Source: Spirochaetia bacterium (GTDB lineage Bacteria; Spirochaetota; Spirochaetia; SZUA-6; Bin103). From it: a stretch of DNA of 64,000 bases. Both the position numbers and the translations under genes were made by a program. Below are positions 28,567-40,755 of the stretch, in pieces (the first letter of the stretch is position 1; every line of letters starts with the position of its first letter). The stretch spans positions 4,096,001-4,160,000 of the forward strand of contig OZ241863.1 of assembly GCA_965203055.1 (NCBI GenBank). Reading direction: 5' to 3'. Under the pieces are notes generated by a model. It searched no databases. It was not told the DNA's origin and was given only the letters and a program-made list of their open reading frames with translations.

Positions 28567-30597
28567 ATGACGAGATTTCTGCTCTTGGCGGCGGCGTGCG
28601 CGCTGCTGGCGCCGGCGTTGGCGGCCGCCGGCGGCAACGGAGAGACGGCCGCACCGGAAGCCGGCGCCGCGGCCGCCGCCGCGCCAACCACCGGGGCGGA
28701 GGGGCTGGCGCCGGGCCAATACAACCTGGACGAGTACCTGCGGCGAACCGGCGCCGACATCACCTTCTCCGACTCGCCCTACCTGGCCGGCCGGGGGCTG
28801 CCTCCGGTGGAGGAGCGGCTGCCGGCGAATCCTCTGGTCATGGAGACCTGGATGGAGCATGGCCGCTACGGCGGCACCCTGACCTGGACCGAGTACACCA
28901 TCGACCACGACACCTATCTGCGCCATCTGAACGCGGTGAAGCTGCTGGAGATCGCGCCCTCGGCGTCCAACCACCGCTACGATTACCTCGGCGCGACGAT
29001 CCAGCCCTCCATCATCGAGACCTGGGAGCAGAACGCCGCCGCCACGCAGTTCACGTTTCGGATTCGGGAGGGGCTGCGGTGGTCGGACGGCGCGCCGGTG
29101 ACCACCGCCGACGTGCGCTACGCGTTCGACGACGTGTACTTCAACGAGGAGATCACGCCGCAACTGCCGCGCTGGGCCAACTGGGGCGGGACCCCGGTCG
29201 AGGTGGAGATCATCGACGACTATTCCTTCTCGCTCACCTTCGCCAAGCCCTACGGCCTGTTCCTCGGCCAGGTGACCCAGCAGCCCGCCGGCTGGTTCAT
29301 GCGCCCCGGGCACTACATGAGGCAGTTCCACAAGGACTACACCGCCATGGCCGACCTCCTTCCCGTGATGAAGGAGCAGGGCTATGACACCGCGGAATGG
29401 GGCAAGTTCTACACCTCGGTGGCGGTGGCCGGCAGCGACGCGGCGAACCACATTCCCACGCGCTATCCGAACGCGATCGAGGCGCCGTCGCTGCACCCGT
29501 GGCACGTGATCGAGGAGCCCAATCCCGGCGAGTTCATCCTGGAGCGCAACCCCTACTTCTTCAAGATCGACCCGCTCGGCCAGCAGCTCCCCTACATCGA
29601 CCGCGCCCACCGCGTGTTCGTGAACAATCTGGAGGTGATGAACGCCAAGGTGGTAGCGGGCGAGACCGACGTCCAGTTTCAGTTCGTGCGTCTCGGCGAC
29701 ATGCCGTTGTTCAAGGCCAACGAGGAACGGGCCGGCTACCGCACCATGCTGCTGCCGGCGTGGCAGCAACAGGTGCTGGTGTACTTCCCCAATCTCACCC
29801 CGGCGGACCCGGTGTATGCCGCGGTGACGCAGGACAAGCGGTTCCGCCAGGCGATTTCGCTGGCGCTCGACCGGAACGAGATCCGCAAGTCGATCTTTCT
29901 CGACTTCGGGCGCATTGCGCAGGTCGCGCCGCCGCGCGGCGTCGACTTCTGGCAGCCGCACATGGATACCGCCTACGTCGAATACGACGTCGACGCCGCC
30001 AACGCGCTGCTGGACGAGATGGGGCTGGAGTGGGACGCCAGGCGCGAATACCGCACCCTGCCCGACGGCCGGCGGCTGAGCATTCCGTTCATGTACTACG
30101 AGGTCACGCCGACGGCCACGCCGGGCGCCGAGCTGTTCGCCGAGTTCATGGGACCGCTCGGCATCGACACCCAGGTCAAGCAGGTGGACGGCAGACTGTG
30201 GTGGGCGTCGGACAGCGAAGCGCGCTTCTCCAACTGGTGGAACCCGACCATGAACTTCACCTTCGGACCGATGAAGTTCAACGTGGCGGGGCGGGAGTGG
30301 CACAAGTGGTACGCTTCCGGCGGCGAGTCGGGGATGGAGCCGCCGGCGGAGGCGATGCGGTTGTACGAGCTGCGCGACCGGCTCTACTCCACCGGCGACG
30401 CCGACGAGCGCCGGGAAGTGCTCACCGAAATGTGGGAGAACCAGGCGGAGAACCTGTGGGTGATCGGCGTGGTGGCCGAGGCCCCCGGCCCGTTCATCTA
30501 CGACGTCAACCTGGGCAACGTCGGCGTCGCCGAGGAACGCGGCTATTACTCGGTGGTGGTGGGCGACGCCGCCGAACAGTGGTTCTGGAAGAACTGA
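28567..30597 (+). CDS. ABC transporter substrate-binding protein, family 5
   Basis: Signal peptide, LPPVEERLP, IREGLRWSDGAPVTTADV, ERNPYFFKID, QLPYID. Confidence 0.9.
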   Translation: MTRFLLLAAACALLAPALAAAGGNGETAAPEAGAAAAAAPTTGAEGLAPGQYNLDEYLRRTGADITFSDSPYLAGRGLPPVEERLPANPLVMETWMEHGRYGGTLTWTEYTIDHDTYLRHLNAVKLLEIAPSASNHRYDYLGATIQPSIIETWEQNAAATQFTFRIREGLRWSDGAPVTTADVRYAFDDVYFNEEITPQLPRWANWGGTPVEVEIIDDYSFSLTFAKPYGLFLGQVTQQPAGWFMRPGHYMRQFHKDYTAMADLLPVMKEQGYDTAEWGKFYTSVAVAGSDAANHIPTRYPNAIEAPSLHPWHVIEEPNPGEFILERNPYFFKIDPLGQQLPYIDRAHRVFVNNLEVMNAKVVAGETDVQFQFVRLGDMPLFKANEERAGYRTMLLPAWQQQVLVYFPNLTPADPVYAAVTQDKRFRQAISLALDRNEIRKSIFLDFGRIAQVAPPRGVDFWQPHMDTAYVEYDVDAANALLDEMGLEWDARREYRTLPDGRRLSIPFMYYEVTPTATPGAELFAEFMGPLGIDTQVKQVDGRLWWASDSEARFSNWWNPTMNFTFGPMKFNVAGREWHKWYASGGESGMEPPAEAMRLYELRDRLYSTGDADERREVLTEMWENQAENLWVIGVVAEAPGPFIYDVNLGNVGVAEERGYYSVVVGDAAEQWFWKN

Positions 30598-30652
30598 CCT
30601 GCCGCCGCGCCGGCGGCGGGCGCCGGTTGCGGCCGGCGCCCGCCCGGCTCCC

Positions 30653-31771
30653 ATGACGCGGCGCCGGGCCGCCGCCAGGTACGAGCGGGAGTCCTACTAC
30701 CTCGCGTCGCAATGGCGGCTGATGTGGCGCAAGTTCAAGTCGCACCGGCTGGCCCTGGCGGGAACCGCGATCGTCGGCTTCTTCATCGTGACCGGCACCC
30801 TGTTCTGCGAGTTCTTCGCCACCCACGACATCTACTCCCGCGACTCCGACTACATCCTCTGTCCGCCGCAGCGGATCCACTTCGTCGACGCCGCGGGCCG
30901 CTTCCATCTGCGCCCGTTCGTGTACCGCCTGACCACCGAGCGCAACCCGCAGACCTTCGCGCTGGAGTGCCGCGAAGACCGCGCGGCGCGCTATCCGATC
31001 CGCCTCCTGGTGACCGGCGACGAGTACCGCCTGTGGGGCCTCTTCCCCGGCCGGCTGCATCTGTTCGGCATCGAGGAGGAGGGCGCGTTCTACCTGTTCG
31101 GCACCGACCGGCTGGGCCGCGATCTGTTCTCCCGGGTGTTCTACGCGGCGCGCATCTCGCTCTCCATCGGCTTCGTCGGGGTAGTGATCAGCTTCGTACT
31201 GGGCTGCATTCTGGGCGGCATCTCCGGCTACTTCGGCGGCACCGCCGACATGCTGATCCAGCGCATGATCGAGTTTCTGAGCTCGATTCCGCAGATCCCG
31301 CTGTGGATGGGGCTGGCCGCCGCGATCCCGCAGAGCTGGCCGGCGCTGCGGGTCTACTTCATGATCATCGTGATCCTGTCGATCATCGGCTGGACCGGCC
31401 TGGCGCGGGTGGTGCGCGGCTACATCATCGCGCTGCGCGAGTCGGACATGGTCATCGCGGCCACGGTGGCGGGCGCCAAGAGCGGACAGATCCTCATACG
31501 CCACCTGCTGCCGGCGTTCCTGAGCTACCTGATCGTGCACCTGACCCTGGCCGTGCCGAGCATGATCCTGGCCGAAACCTCGCTGTCGTTCCTCGGTCTC
31601 GGTCTGCGCCCCCCGGTGGTGAGCTGGGGCGTGCTGCTGAGCGCCGCGCAGAACGTCAAGACGGTGTATCTGAACCTGTGGCTGATGATTCCGGCGCTGT
31701 TCGTGATCGTCACGGTACTGGCGTTCAACTTCATCGGCGACGGCATGCGCGACGCGGCCGATCCCTACTGA
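30653..31771 (+). CDS. ABC transporter permease (OppC/DppC type)
   Basis: GTDRLGRDLFSR, ETSLSFLGLG, FNFIGDGMRDAADPY. Confidence 0.9.
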   Translation: MTRRRAAARYERESYYLASQWRLMWRKFKSHRLALAGTAIVGFFIVTGTLFCEFFATHDIYSRDSDYILCPPQRIHFVDAAGRFHLRPFVYRLTTERNPQTFALECREDRAARYPIRLLVTGDEYRLWGLFPGRLHLFGIEEEGAFYLFGTDRLGRDLFSRVFYAARISLSIGFVGVVISFVLGCILGGISGYFGGTADMLIQRMIEFLSSIPQIPLWMGLAAAIPQSWPALRVYFMIIVILSIIGWTGLARVVRGYIIALRESDMVIAATVAGAKSGQILIRHLLPAFLSYLIVHLTLAVPSMILAETSLSFLGLGLRPPVVSWGVLLSAAQNVKTVYLNLWLMIPALFVIVTVLAFNFIGDGMRDAADPY

Positions 31772-31810
31772 GGACCGGCTTCGCGCTGAACCGCCGCCGC
31801 GCTCCGCGCT

Positions 31811-33331
31811 TCAGTAGTCGTCGAACACCGCCGGATCGACGCCGGGGAGGGTATCGGCCTTCCAGATATCCACCGCCGCGTCATTGCTCCGCTCCGGTCC
31901 GGGGGTGCTTCGCCCGGCGGCCACCAGCCGCTTCAGCCGCGCCACCAGCTCCTTGACCACGGCCGGATGCTCGGCCTGCAGGTTGCGGCGCTCCGCCGGG
32001 TCGCGCTGCATGTCGTAGAGCTGGACCAGCGGCAGCCCGGCGCGGGCCGCGCCGGCGTCGGCCAGCGTCCAGCCGCCTGACCCCGGGCACAGCACCAGCT
32101 TCCAGCGCCGGTCGCGAATGGCGAACTTGCCGGCAATGGAGTGATGCACCACGTGGTCGCGAATCGGCGCGCCGCCGCGCAGCAGGGGGAGCATGCTGAA
32201 GCTGTCCTCGCCGGCCGCGGCGGGCAGCGGTTCGTCCAGCAGGTCGGCGCAGGTGGCCAGCAGATCGGTGAGGCACACCAGGTGCTCCGAGTGGCTGCCC
32301 GGCTCGATCACCCCCGGCCAGCGGGCAATGAAGGGCACCCGGTGACCGCCGTCCCAGGCATCGGACTTGTAGCCGCGGAACCCGGCGCTCGGATAATGCC
32401 CCTGCGCCTCCATCTGCGGCACGCCCACGTAGGGCGCGCAGCCGTTGTCGCTGGTAAGGATCACCAGCGTGTCGCCGGCCAGGCCGTGACGCTCCAGCGA
32501 GTCGAGGAGCTGGCCGAAGAGGGCGTCGGTTTCGATCACCAGATCGGCGTAGAGGTTGTTCAGGCCGCTGCTGCCGATCCAGCGCTTGTTTACCGCCAGC
32601 GGGGTATGCGGCGAGGTCAGCGGCAGGTAGAGGAAGAACGGCGCGCCCTCCGCGGCGCGGCGGGCGAGGTAGCGGTCGGCGGCGCGGGCGAAGGCCGGCA
32701 GGAGCTGCTCGAAGTTCCAGTAGGGCATGGCCGGGCCCGGCAGGCTGGCCAGGTTGTCGCCGAGCAACTGCGGCTGCAGGAACTCGGAGGGGGCGCCGAC
32801 GGTGGCGTCGTTCTCGATGAAGCAGTAGGGCGGCCAGTTGGGAACGTCGACGCCGAAGTAGTAGTCGAAGCCGCGCGTAACGGGTCCGTCGGCGATGGGC
32901 CGGGAGAACGCGGCGCGCCACGCCGCCCGCCGGCGGTCGTCGGCCTCCGGCGCGCCGGTGGGCGGCAGGAAGTCGTCGTCCGGGCTGAATTGCCAGCCCA
33001 TGCCGAGATGCCACTTGCCAATGGCGCCGCAATGGTAGCCGTGCCGCTGCAGCAGCTTGCCGACCGTGAGCCGCCCGGCGTCGATCAATGGCGGCCCGTA
33101 CGGGCGCACGATACCGCGCTGCAGGGTGGAGCGCCAGTTGTAACGGCCGGTGAGCACGCCGTAGCGTGACGGGGAGCACACCGCGGAGCTGGAATGGGCA
33201 TCGCGGCAAGTAATTCCCTCACGCGCCAGCCGGTCGAACTGCGGGGTGGCGATCTTGCCGTGCGGATTGAGGCAGGACACGTCGCCGTAGCCCAGGTCAT
33301 CGGCCAGGACGTAGACGACGTTGGGCCGCAT
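31811..33331 (-). CDS. Arylsulfatase (formylglycine-dependent)
   Basis: PNVVYVLADDLGYGD, CSPSRYGVLTGRY, GKWHLG, SDNG. Confidence 0.92.
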   Translation of the reverse strand: MRPNVVYVLADDLGYGDVSCLNPHGKIATPQFDRLAREGITCRDAHSSSAVCSPSRYGVLTGRYNWRSTLQRGIVRPYGPPLIDAGRLTVGKLLQRHGYHCGAIGKWHLGMGWQFSPDDDFLPPTGAPEADDRRRAAWRAAFSRPIADGPVTRGFDYYFGVDVPNWPPYCFIENDATVGAPSEFLQPQLLGDNLASLPGPAMPYWNFEQLLPAFARAADRYLARRAAEGAPFFLYLPLTSPHTPLAVNKRWIGSSGLNNLYADLVIETDALFGQLLDSLERHGLAGDTLVILTSDNGCAPYVGVPQMEAQGHYPSAGFRGYKSDAWDGGHRVPFIARWPGVIEPGSHSEHLVCLTDLLATCADLLDEPLPAAAGEDSFSMLPLLRGGAPIRDHVVHHSIAGKFAIRDRRWKLVLCPGSGGWTLADAGAARAGLPLVQLYDMQRDPAERRNLQAEHPAVVKELVARLKRLVAAGRSTPGPERSNDAAVDIWKADTLPGVDPAVFDDY

Positions 33332-33354
33332 TGCCGTGGCCTTCAAGCGCCAGG

Positions 33355-34263
33355 CTAGGCGCCGCCGAGCAGGCGGTCCCCGAGGCGCTCCAGATCGTCG
33401 GGGTTGAAGAAGGAAATCTCGATCTTGCCGCGTTGCGCGGTGCCGGTCACCGCCACCTTGGTGCCAAAGCTGTCGATGAGCCGCTGCTGCAGGTCGCGCA
33501 GGTGGGGATCCGCCGGGGTCTGCGCTTGGCGGTTGGCGCGGCCGGCGCCGCCCCGCTCCTCCCGGTCGCGGACCCGGGCGGCATACGCCTCCGCCTCCCG
33601 CACCGAGTACTGGGCAATGCGCTTGAACAGCCGCTGGCGTTCGTCGGGGTCGGGAATCATCAGCAGCGCGCGGGCGTGGCCGGCGGTAATGGTGCCGTCG
33701 GCCAGGGCGTTCTGCACTTCGACCGGAAGCCCGAGCAGGCGCACGCTGTTGGCGATGGTGGAGCGGTGCTTGCCCACGCGCACCGCCAGCTCCTCCTGGC
33801 TCACGCCGCTGACGTCGAGGAGTCGGCGGTAGGCTTGCGCTTCCTCCATCGGGGTCAGATCTTCGCGCTGGATATTTTCGATCAGCGCCAGGGTCAAGCG
33901 TTCGTCATCGCTGGAGGCGCGCACCACCGCGGGGATGCGCTGCAGGCCGGCGCGCTGGGCGGCGCGAAAGCGGCGCTCGCCGGCGATGATGCGATAGCGG
34001 CCGCCCACCGGTTCCACCAGAATGGGCTGCAGGATGCCGTGGCTGGTGATCGATTGCGCCAGCTCGTCGAGGGTCTCGTCGACGAACCGCCGGCGCGGCT
34101 GCTCGCCGCTGACGTCGATATCAGCGAGCGGCAGTTCGGCGGGGGCCAACGAGTAGTCGGGGCGTTCTCCCATGAGGGCGTCCAGACCGCGGCCGAGGCC
34201 GCGCTTGCGCGGGGCGCGCGGCGCGGGGGGCGGGGGGCTGCCCGCGGCGGTGCGTTCAGACAT
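33355..34263 (-). CDS. parB: Chromosome partitioning protein ParB
   Basis: GLGRGLDAL, QPRRRF, IIAGERRFRA, LIENIQREDL, HTH with STIANSVRLL. Confidence 0.95.
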   Translation of the reverse strand: MSERTAAGSPPPPAPRAPRKRGLGRGLDALMGERPDYSLAPAELPLADIDVSGEQPRRRFVDETLDELAQSITSHGILQPILVEPVGGRYRIIAGERRFRAAQRAGLQRIPAVVRASSDDERLTLALIENIQREDLTPMEEAQAYRRLLDVSGVSQEELAVRVGKHRSTIANSVRLLGLPVEVQNALADGTITAGHARALLMIPDPDERQRLFKRIAQYSVREAEAYAARVRDREERGGAGRANRQAQTPADPHLRDLQQRLIDSFGTKVAVTGTAQRGKIEISFFNPDDLERLGDRLLGGA

Positions 34264-35017
34264 GTTGGGACACCTCGCGGGCGAGCGCGTCGTAGCTCCG
34301 CGCCCCGATGCACTTGGGGTCGTAGAGCTGGATCGGTTGCGAATAGGAGGGGGCCTCACCCAGGCGCACGTTGCGCGGGATGATGGTGCGGAACACCTGG
34401 TGGCGAAAGAACGAGGTCACCTCCCGTACCACCTCCTGCGACAGGCGGGTGCGCGCGTCGAACATCGTGAACAGGATGCCGCCTACCTTGAGATCGGGAT
34501 TCAGCGTCGCCTGCACCCGCCTGATGGTCTTCAGGAGTTCGCTCAGGCCCTCCAGGGCAAAGTACTCGCACTGCAAAGGAATGATCACGTGAGAGGCGGC
34601 CGCGAGGCCGTTCATCGTGAGGATTCCCAGCGACGGCGGGCAATCGACGAAGACGAAGTCATACTCCGCCTCCAGAGGGCGCAGGGCGTCGCTGAGGTAG
34701 AAGTCGCGCCGCTCCTGGGTCACCAGCTCGACCGCGGCGCCGGCCAGGTTGATACTGGAGGGAACGACGTCCAGGCTGGCGACTGCGGTGTGCTGAATCA
34801 CCTCGTCCGCGCGGAGCACGCCGGTCATCAGCTCGTAGATGCCGCCCTCATCGCCGTCGCAGCCCAGGCTGGTCGACGAGTTCGCCTGCGGGTCGAAGTC
34901 CACCAGCAGCACCCGCTTGCCGGTCGCGGCCATGGCGGCGCCGAGATTCACGGCGGTGGTGGTCTTGCCCACGCCGCCCTTCTGATTGGCAAATACGATC
35001 CGTCGCGTCGCCCTCAT
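34256..35017 (-). CDS. parA: Chromosome partitioning ATPase ParA/Soj
   Basis: NQKGGVGKTTT, DFDPQANS, DCPPSLG, QCEYFALEG, IPRNVRLGEAPS. Confidence 0.95.
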   Translation of the reverse strand: MRATRRIVFANQKGGVGKTTTAVNLGAAMAATGKRVLLVDFDPQANSSTSLGCDGDEGGIYELMTGVLRADEVIQHTAVASLDVVPSSINLAGAAVELVTQERRDFYLSDALRPLEAEYDFVFVDCPPSLGILTMNGLAAASHVIIPLQCEYFALEGLSELLKTIRRVQATLNPDLKVGGILFTMFDARTRLSQEVVREVTSFFRHQVFRTIIPRNVRLGEAPSYSQPIQLYDPKCIGARSYDALAREVSQHV

Positions 35018-35031
35018 CCAAGGCCGCCCCT

Positions 35032-35066
35032 ACCATAGCGATGATGCTCTACCAAGAGCAAATCAT
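35032..35066 (-). promoter_or_regulatory. Putative parAB promoter overlapped by the palindrome TGCTCT-N4-AGAGCA
   Basis: Minus strand TTGCTC-N18-TATGGT; inverted repeat at 35045-35060. Confidence 0.45.
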
Positions 35067-35410
35067 TTGTTTCGCGAAGACGCGATTCCGTAGCGGGCCT
35101 TCATGGCGGCGTAGCGCCGGTAGCTCCTCCGGTCCAACTCGGGAACGAGATGGCGGTCCAACAACGGGACCAGCGTCTCGCGCAGATAGGCGCCGCGCGC
35201 CATCCACTGGAAGTAATGGCGGCCACCGTGGTGATAGGGGCCGTAGAGGCGGCCACCGAACCGGGCGACGATCCAGCGAAACAACGATTCGTGATCGACG
35301 TGCATCCGCAGGGTCACGTGTGGTTGCTTGCCGTCGCCCCCGAAGTGGCCTTCGCCGATCAGCACCCCGATGAAGATCCCCTCATCGGTGGCCGAGGGTT
35401 CTTGTTTCAC
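35063..35410 (-). CDS. Small stand-alone single-motif LAGLIDADG-like protein
   Basis: GIFIGVLIGEGHFG resembles the LAGLIDADG helix, followed by typical strand/helix elements (VTLRM...LFRWIVARFGGRLY...YFQW...LVPLLDRH); fills the gyrA-parA gap in operon orientation. Confidence 0.7.
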   Translation of the reverse strand: MKQEPSATDEGIFIGVLIGEGHFGGDGKQPHVTLRMHVDHESLFRWIVARFGGRLYGPYHHGGRHYFQWMARGAYLRETLVPLLDRHLVPELDRRSYRRYAAMKARYGIASSRNK

Positions 35411-35415
35411 CGTCG

Positions 35416-35431
35416 TGTTTCGCGTGAAACG
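35416..35431. promoter_or_regulatory. parS centromere-like site
   Basis: TGTTTCGCGTGAAACG versus consensus tGTTTCACGTGAAACa (one core mismatch), about 400 bp from parA. Confidence 0.75.
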
Positions 35432-35441
35432 ACCCGGGGGG

Positions 35442-37895
35442 TCAGCCTTCCTCCTTCGCTACGCGCGCCACGCCCACCACGCTGTCGCCCTCGGCGAGGC
35501 GCACGATCCGCACCCCCAGCGTCGCCCCGCGCCCGGTCACGCGCACGTCCTGCTGCGCCAGCTTGACCACCTGCCCCTGCGTCGTGATGCACACCAGATC
35601 GTCGTCCTCGTAGGTGCCGGTCATGTCCACCACCGGACCGTTCTTCTCGGTATTGCGGTAGCAGTACTGCCCGGCGGTGCCGCGCCCGTGCGGCGTAAGT
35701 TCGTTGAACTCCATGCACTTGCCGTAGCCGAGCTGGCTGACGATGAAGACCCGCCGCCCCGGCTCGTTGCTGGCGGCGCCCACCACGTGGTCGTCCGGCT
35801 GCAGGCGCATGCCGCGCACGCCGCGCGAGACCCGGCCCATCGGCCGCACCATCGATTCCGCAAACCGCAGCGCCCGCCCGGAAGCTGCGATCAACACCAC
35901 GTCGCGCTTGCCGTCGGTCAGCATGGCGGTTACCAGATGATCCGCGGCGGCGCCGCTGCCCTGGTCGGCGTCGAGATTGACGGCCACCACGCCGCGCCGC
36001 TTGGCATTGCTGAAGTCGCTGGTGCGAACCTTCTTCACCACCCCGCGCGCGGTCGCCATGAACAGGTACTCCTCGCGCGAGAACTTGCTCAGCGACACCA
36101 CCGCGGTAACCTCTTCGGCATCTTCCATCTGCAGCAGCGACCGGATGTCCTGGCCCGCGGTCTGGCGGGTACGCTCCGGCAGCTCGTGCACCTTCAGCCA
36201 ATAGGCGCGGCCGGCGCTGGTGATGAACAGCACGTAGTCGTGGGTGGAGCCGACGAAGATCTGAGAGATGAAGTCGGTGCCGCGCAGGCGGCTGCCGGCG
36301 CCCTTGCCGCCGCGCACCTGGCGCCGGTAGCTGGAGACGGGAATGCGCTTGATGATGCCGCGGTTGGAGATCACCACCACCATGTCCTCTTCCTCGATCA
36401 GATCCTCGTAGTTGAAGTCTCCAACCTCGGTGTCGACGATCTCGGTGCGGCGGTCGTCGCCGTAGCGCTTGGCTATCTCCTGGGTCTCCTTCTTCACCAC
36501 CTCCAGGATCTTCTGCTCGCTGGCCAGCAGCTCGCGCAGCTCGGCAATCAGCCTGCGTACCTGGGCCAACTCCTCCTCCACCTTGCGCGTCTCCAGGCTG
36601 GTGAGGCGCTGCAGGCGCATGTCGAGAATCGCCTGCGCCTGCGCCAGCGACAGCTCGAAGCGCCGCCGCAGGCCGGTTCTCGCGAGCTCCACCGTGCGGC
36701 TGCCGCGGATGATGCGCACTACCTCGTCGATGTTGTCCAGGGCAATCTTCAGCCCCTCCAGGATGTGGGCGCGCTGCTCCGCCTTCTTCAGGTCGAAGCG
36801 GGCGCGGCGGGTCACCACCGTTCTGCGGTGCTCGATGAACTGCCACAACATGTCGCGCAGCGTCAGCACCTGCGGCTTGCCGCCCACCAGCGCCAGCGCG
36901 TTGACGTGGAACGCGTCCTGAAGCTGCGTCAGACTGAACAATCGGTTGAGGACGATCTTGGGGTCGAAGCGGCGCTTGATCTCGATCACGATGCGCATGC
37001 CGCGCCGGTCCGACTCGTCGCGCAGATCCGCGATTCCCTCCAGCCGCCGATCCTTGACCAGGTCGGCGATGCGCACGATCAGATTGGCCTTGTTCACCTG
37101 ATAGGGAAGTTCGTTGACGATTACCGCGTCGCGCCCGCCGCTCAGGGTCTCGATCACTACCCGCGCGCGCACCACGATCTTGCCCTTGCCGGTGGTGCAG
37201 GCGTCCACGATCCCCTTGCGCCCGAAGATGATGCCGCCGGTGGGAAAATCGGGCCCCATCACGTGCTTCATCAGGTCGTGGTCGGTGAGCCGGCGGTCGG
37301 CGATCAGCGCCAGCGTCGCGCGCGCCACCTCCACCAGGTTGTGGGGCGGTATGTTGGTCGCCATCCCCACCGCGATGCCGCTGGCGCCGTTGGCCAGCAG
37401 GTAGGGAAACGCCGCCGGCAGCACCGCCGGCTCGGTAAGCGAGTCGTCGTAGTTGGGGACGAAGTCGACCGTCTCCTTGCCGATGTCGCGCAGCATCGCC
37501 TCGGACACCGGCGCCAGGCGCGCCTCGGTGTAGCGCATTGCCGCCGGCGGGTCGCCGTCCACCGAGCCGAAGTTGCCCTGCCCGTCCACCACCGGGTAGC
37601 GCATCGAAAAATCCTGCGCCAGCCGCACCAGGGCGTCGTACAACGCCTGATCGCCATGGGGATGGTACTTGCCGAGGACGTCTCCCACCAGGCGCGCGGT
37701 CTTGCGGTAGGGGCGGTTCGGCTGCATGCCCATGTCGTCCATGGCGTACAGCAGGCGCCGGTGCACCGGCTTGAGGCCGTCGCGGGCGTCGGGCAGCGCG
37801 CGGCTCACGATCACCGACATCGCGTAGGTCAGGTAGGACTCGCGCACCTCCTGTTCGATCTTCACCGGGATCACCTTGCCGGTGAGCTCAGCCAT
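35442..37895 (-). CDS. gyrA: DNA gyrase subunit A
   Basis: [30 protein letters not shown], GyrA-box QVRGGKG. Confidence 0.96.
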   Translation of the reverse strand: MAELTGKVIPVKIEQEVRESYLTYAMSVIVSRALPDARDGLKPVHRRLLYAMDDMGMQPNRPYRKTARLVGDVLGKYHPHGDQALYDALVRLAQDFSMRYPVVDGQGNFGSVDGDPPAAMRYTEARLAPVSEAMLRDIGKETVDFVPNYDDSLTEPAVLPAAFPYLLANGASGIAVGMATNIPPHNLVEVARATLALIADRRLTDHDLMKHVMGPDFPTGGIIFGRKGIVDACTTGKGKIVVRARVVIETLSGGRDAVIVNELPYQVNKANLIVRIADLVKDRRLEGIADLRDESDRRGMRIVIEIKRRFDPKIVLNRLFSLTQLQDAFHVNALALVGGKPQVLTLRDMLWQFIEHRRTVVTRRARFDLKKAEQRAHILEGLKIALDNIDEVVRIIRGSRTVELARTGLRRRFELSLAQAQAILDMRLQRLTSLETRKVEEELAQVRRLIAELRELLASEQKILEVVKKETQEIAKRYGDDRRTEIVDTEVGDFNYEDLIEEEDMVVVISNRGIIKRIPVSSYRRQVRGGKGAGSRLRGTDFISQIFVGSTHDYVLFITSAGRAYWLKVHELPERTRQTAGQDIRSLLQMEDAEEVTAVVSLSKFSREEYLFMATARGVVKKVRTSDFSNAKRRGVVAVNLDADQGSGAAADHLVTAMLTDGKRDVVLIAASGRALRFAESMVRPMGRVSRGVRGMRLQPDDHVVGAASNEPGRRVFIVSQLGYGKCMEFNELTPHGRGTAGQYCYRNTEKNGPVVDMTGTYEDDDLVCITTQGQVVKLAQQDVRVTGRGATLGVRIVRLAEGDSVVGVARVAKEEG

Positions 37896-37924
37896 GCATC
37901 GCTCCTGTCAACTGTGGCGCCGCC

Positions 37925-40030
<2,106 letters not shown>

Positions 40031-40074
40031 TCAGCCGGCGGCGGCGGAAGGCAGGTTGCGGCGCTGCCGAAGCG

Positions 40075-40740
40075 TCAACGCTCGTCGCGGCAGGAAACGC
40101 GGATCTGCTTGTAGAGTCCATCTCCTTCACTCTCGGTAGTGACGCCGCGCATCTCTCCCAACGCGGTGTGGATCAGGCGCCGTTCGAACGGATTGAGCGG
40201 CGCCAGCAGGCGCGGCCGCCCGGTGCGCCGCACCTGGGTCGCTACCCGGTTGGCCATCCGCAACAGACTCTGCTCGCGGCGGTAGCGGTAGTCCTCGGTA
40301 TCGAGGATCACCCGCAGCGGGTCCCCTTCCGGTTTGATGCGGCCGGCGTGTATGTTGGTGATCAACTGCAGCGACTCGAGCGTACTGCCGTGCTTGCCGA
40401 TCACGATAGCCGGGTCGTCGGTAAGGATCTCCAGTGTCAGCCGGCCCGCTTCGCGCTGCTCGATGCGCACCTCGGCGGGCAGGTTCGCCTTTTTCAGGAG
40501 CACGGTAACGAACTCGATCACCTGCTCCTCCAACTCGCTCTCCGGCTCCAGCTCCGGCAGCGCGGCGTCTTCGTCCTCGGCCAGGTGGACCCGAATACGT
40601 ACCTTGCCGCCCTTGAGAAAACCGGGGCGCTGCTCCTCCACGACCTCGACGTCGATCTCGTCTTCGGTGAGACCCAACGCCGCGATCGCCTTGTCGATAG
40701 CCTCCTCCTCCGTGCGACCCTCATACTCTCGTTCGGCCAT
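40075..40740 (-). CDS. jag: RNA-binding protein Jag/KhpB (KH + R3H)
   Basis: Jag_N domain (GRTEEEAI), IGKHGSTLESLQ, PFERRLIH. Confidence 0.92.
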   Translation of the reverse strand: MAEREYEGRTEEEAIDKAIAALGLTEDEIDVEVVEEQRPGFLKGGKVRIRVHLAEDEDAALPELEPESELEEQVIEFVTVLLKKANLPAEVRIEQREAGRLTLEILTDDPAIVIGKHGSTLESLQLITNIHAGRIKPEGDPLRVILDTEDYRYRREQSLLRMANRVATQVRRTGRPRLLAPLNPFERRLIHTALGEMRGVTTESEGDGLYKQIRVSCRDER

Positions 40741-40755
40741 AAGATTCATCTCCTG

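Noticed and set aside
27367..30654. 1095-aa antisense ORF, and similar long ORFs at 2068-4542, 35328-38141, 40012-42699 and 59034-61955
   Set aside because: Shadow frames opposite clearly identified genes; expected from stop-codon scarcity at high GC, with no recognisable motifs
27508..31771. ABC operon lacking an ATPase as a broken system
   Set aside because: All three genes are intact, and family-5 importers often share ATPases encoded elsewhere
35063..35410. LAGLIDADG ORF as part of an intein or group I intron in gyrA or parA
   Set aside because: Both neighbours are complete and uninterrupted; there are no splicing motifs and no room for an intron core
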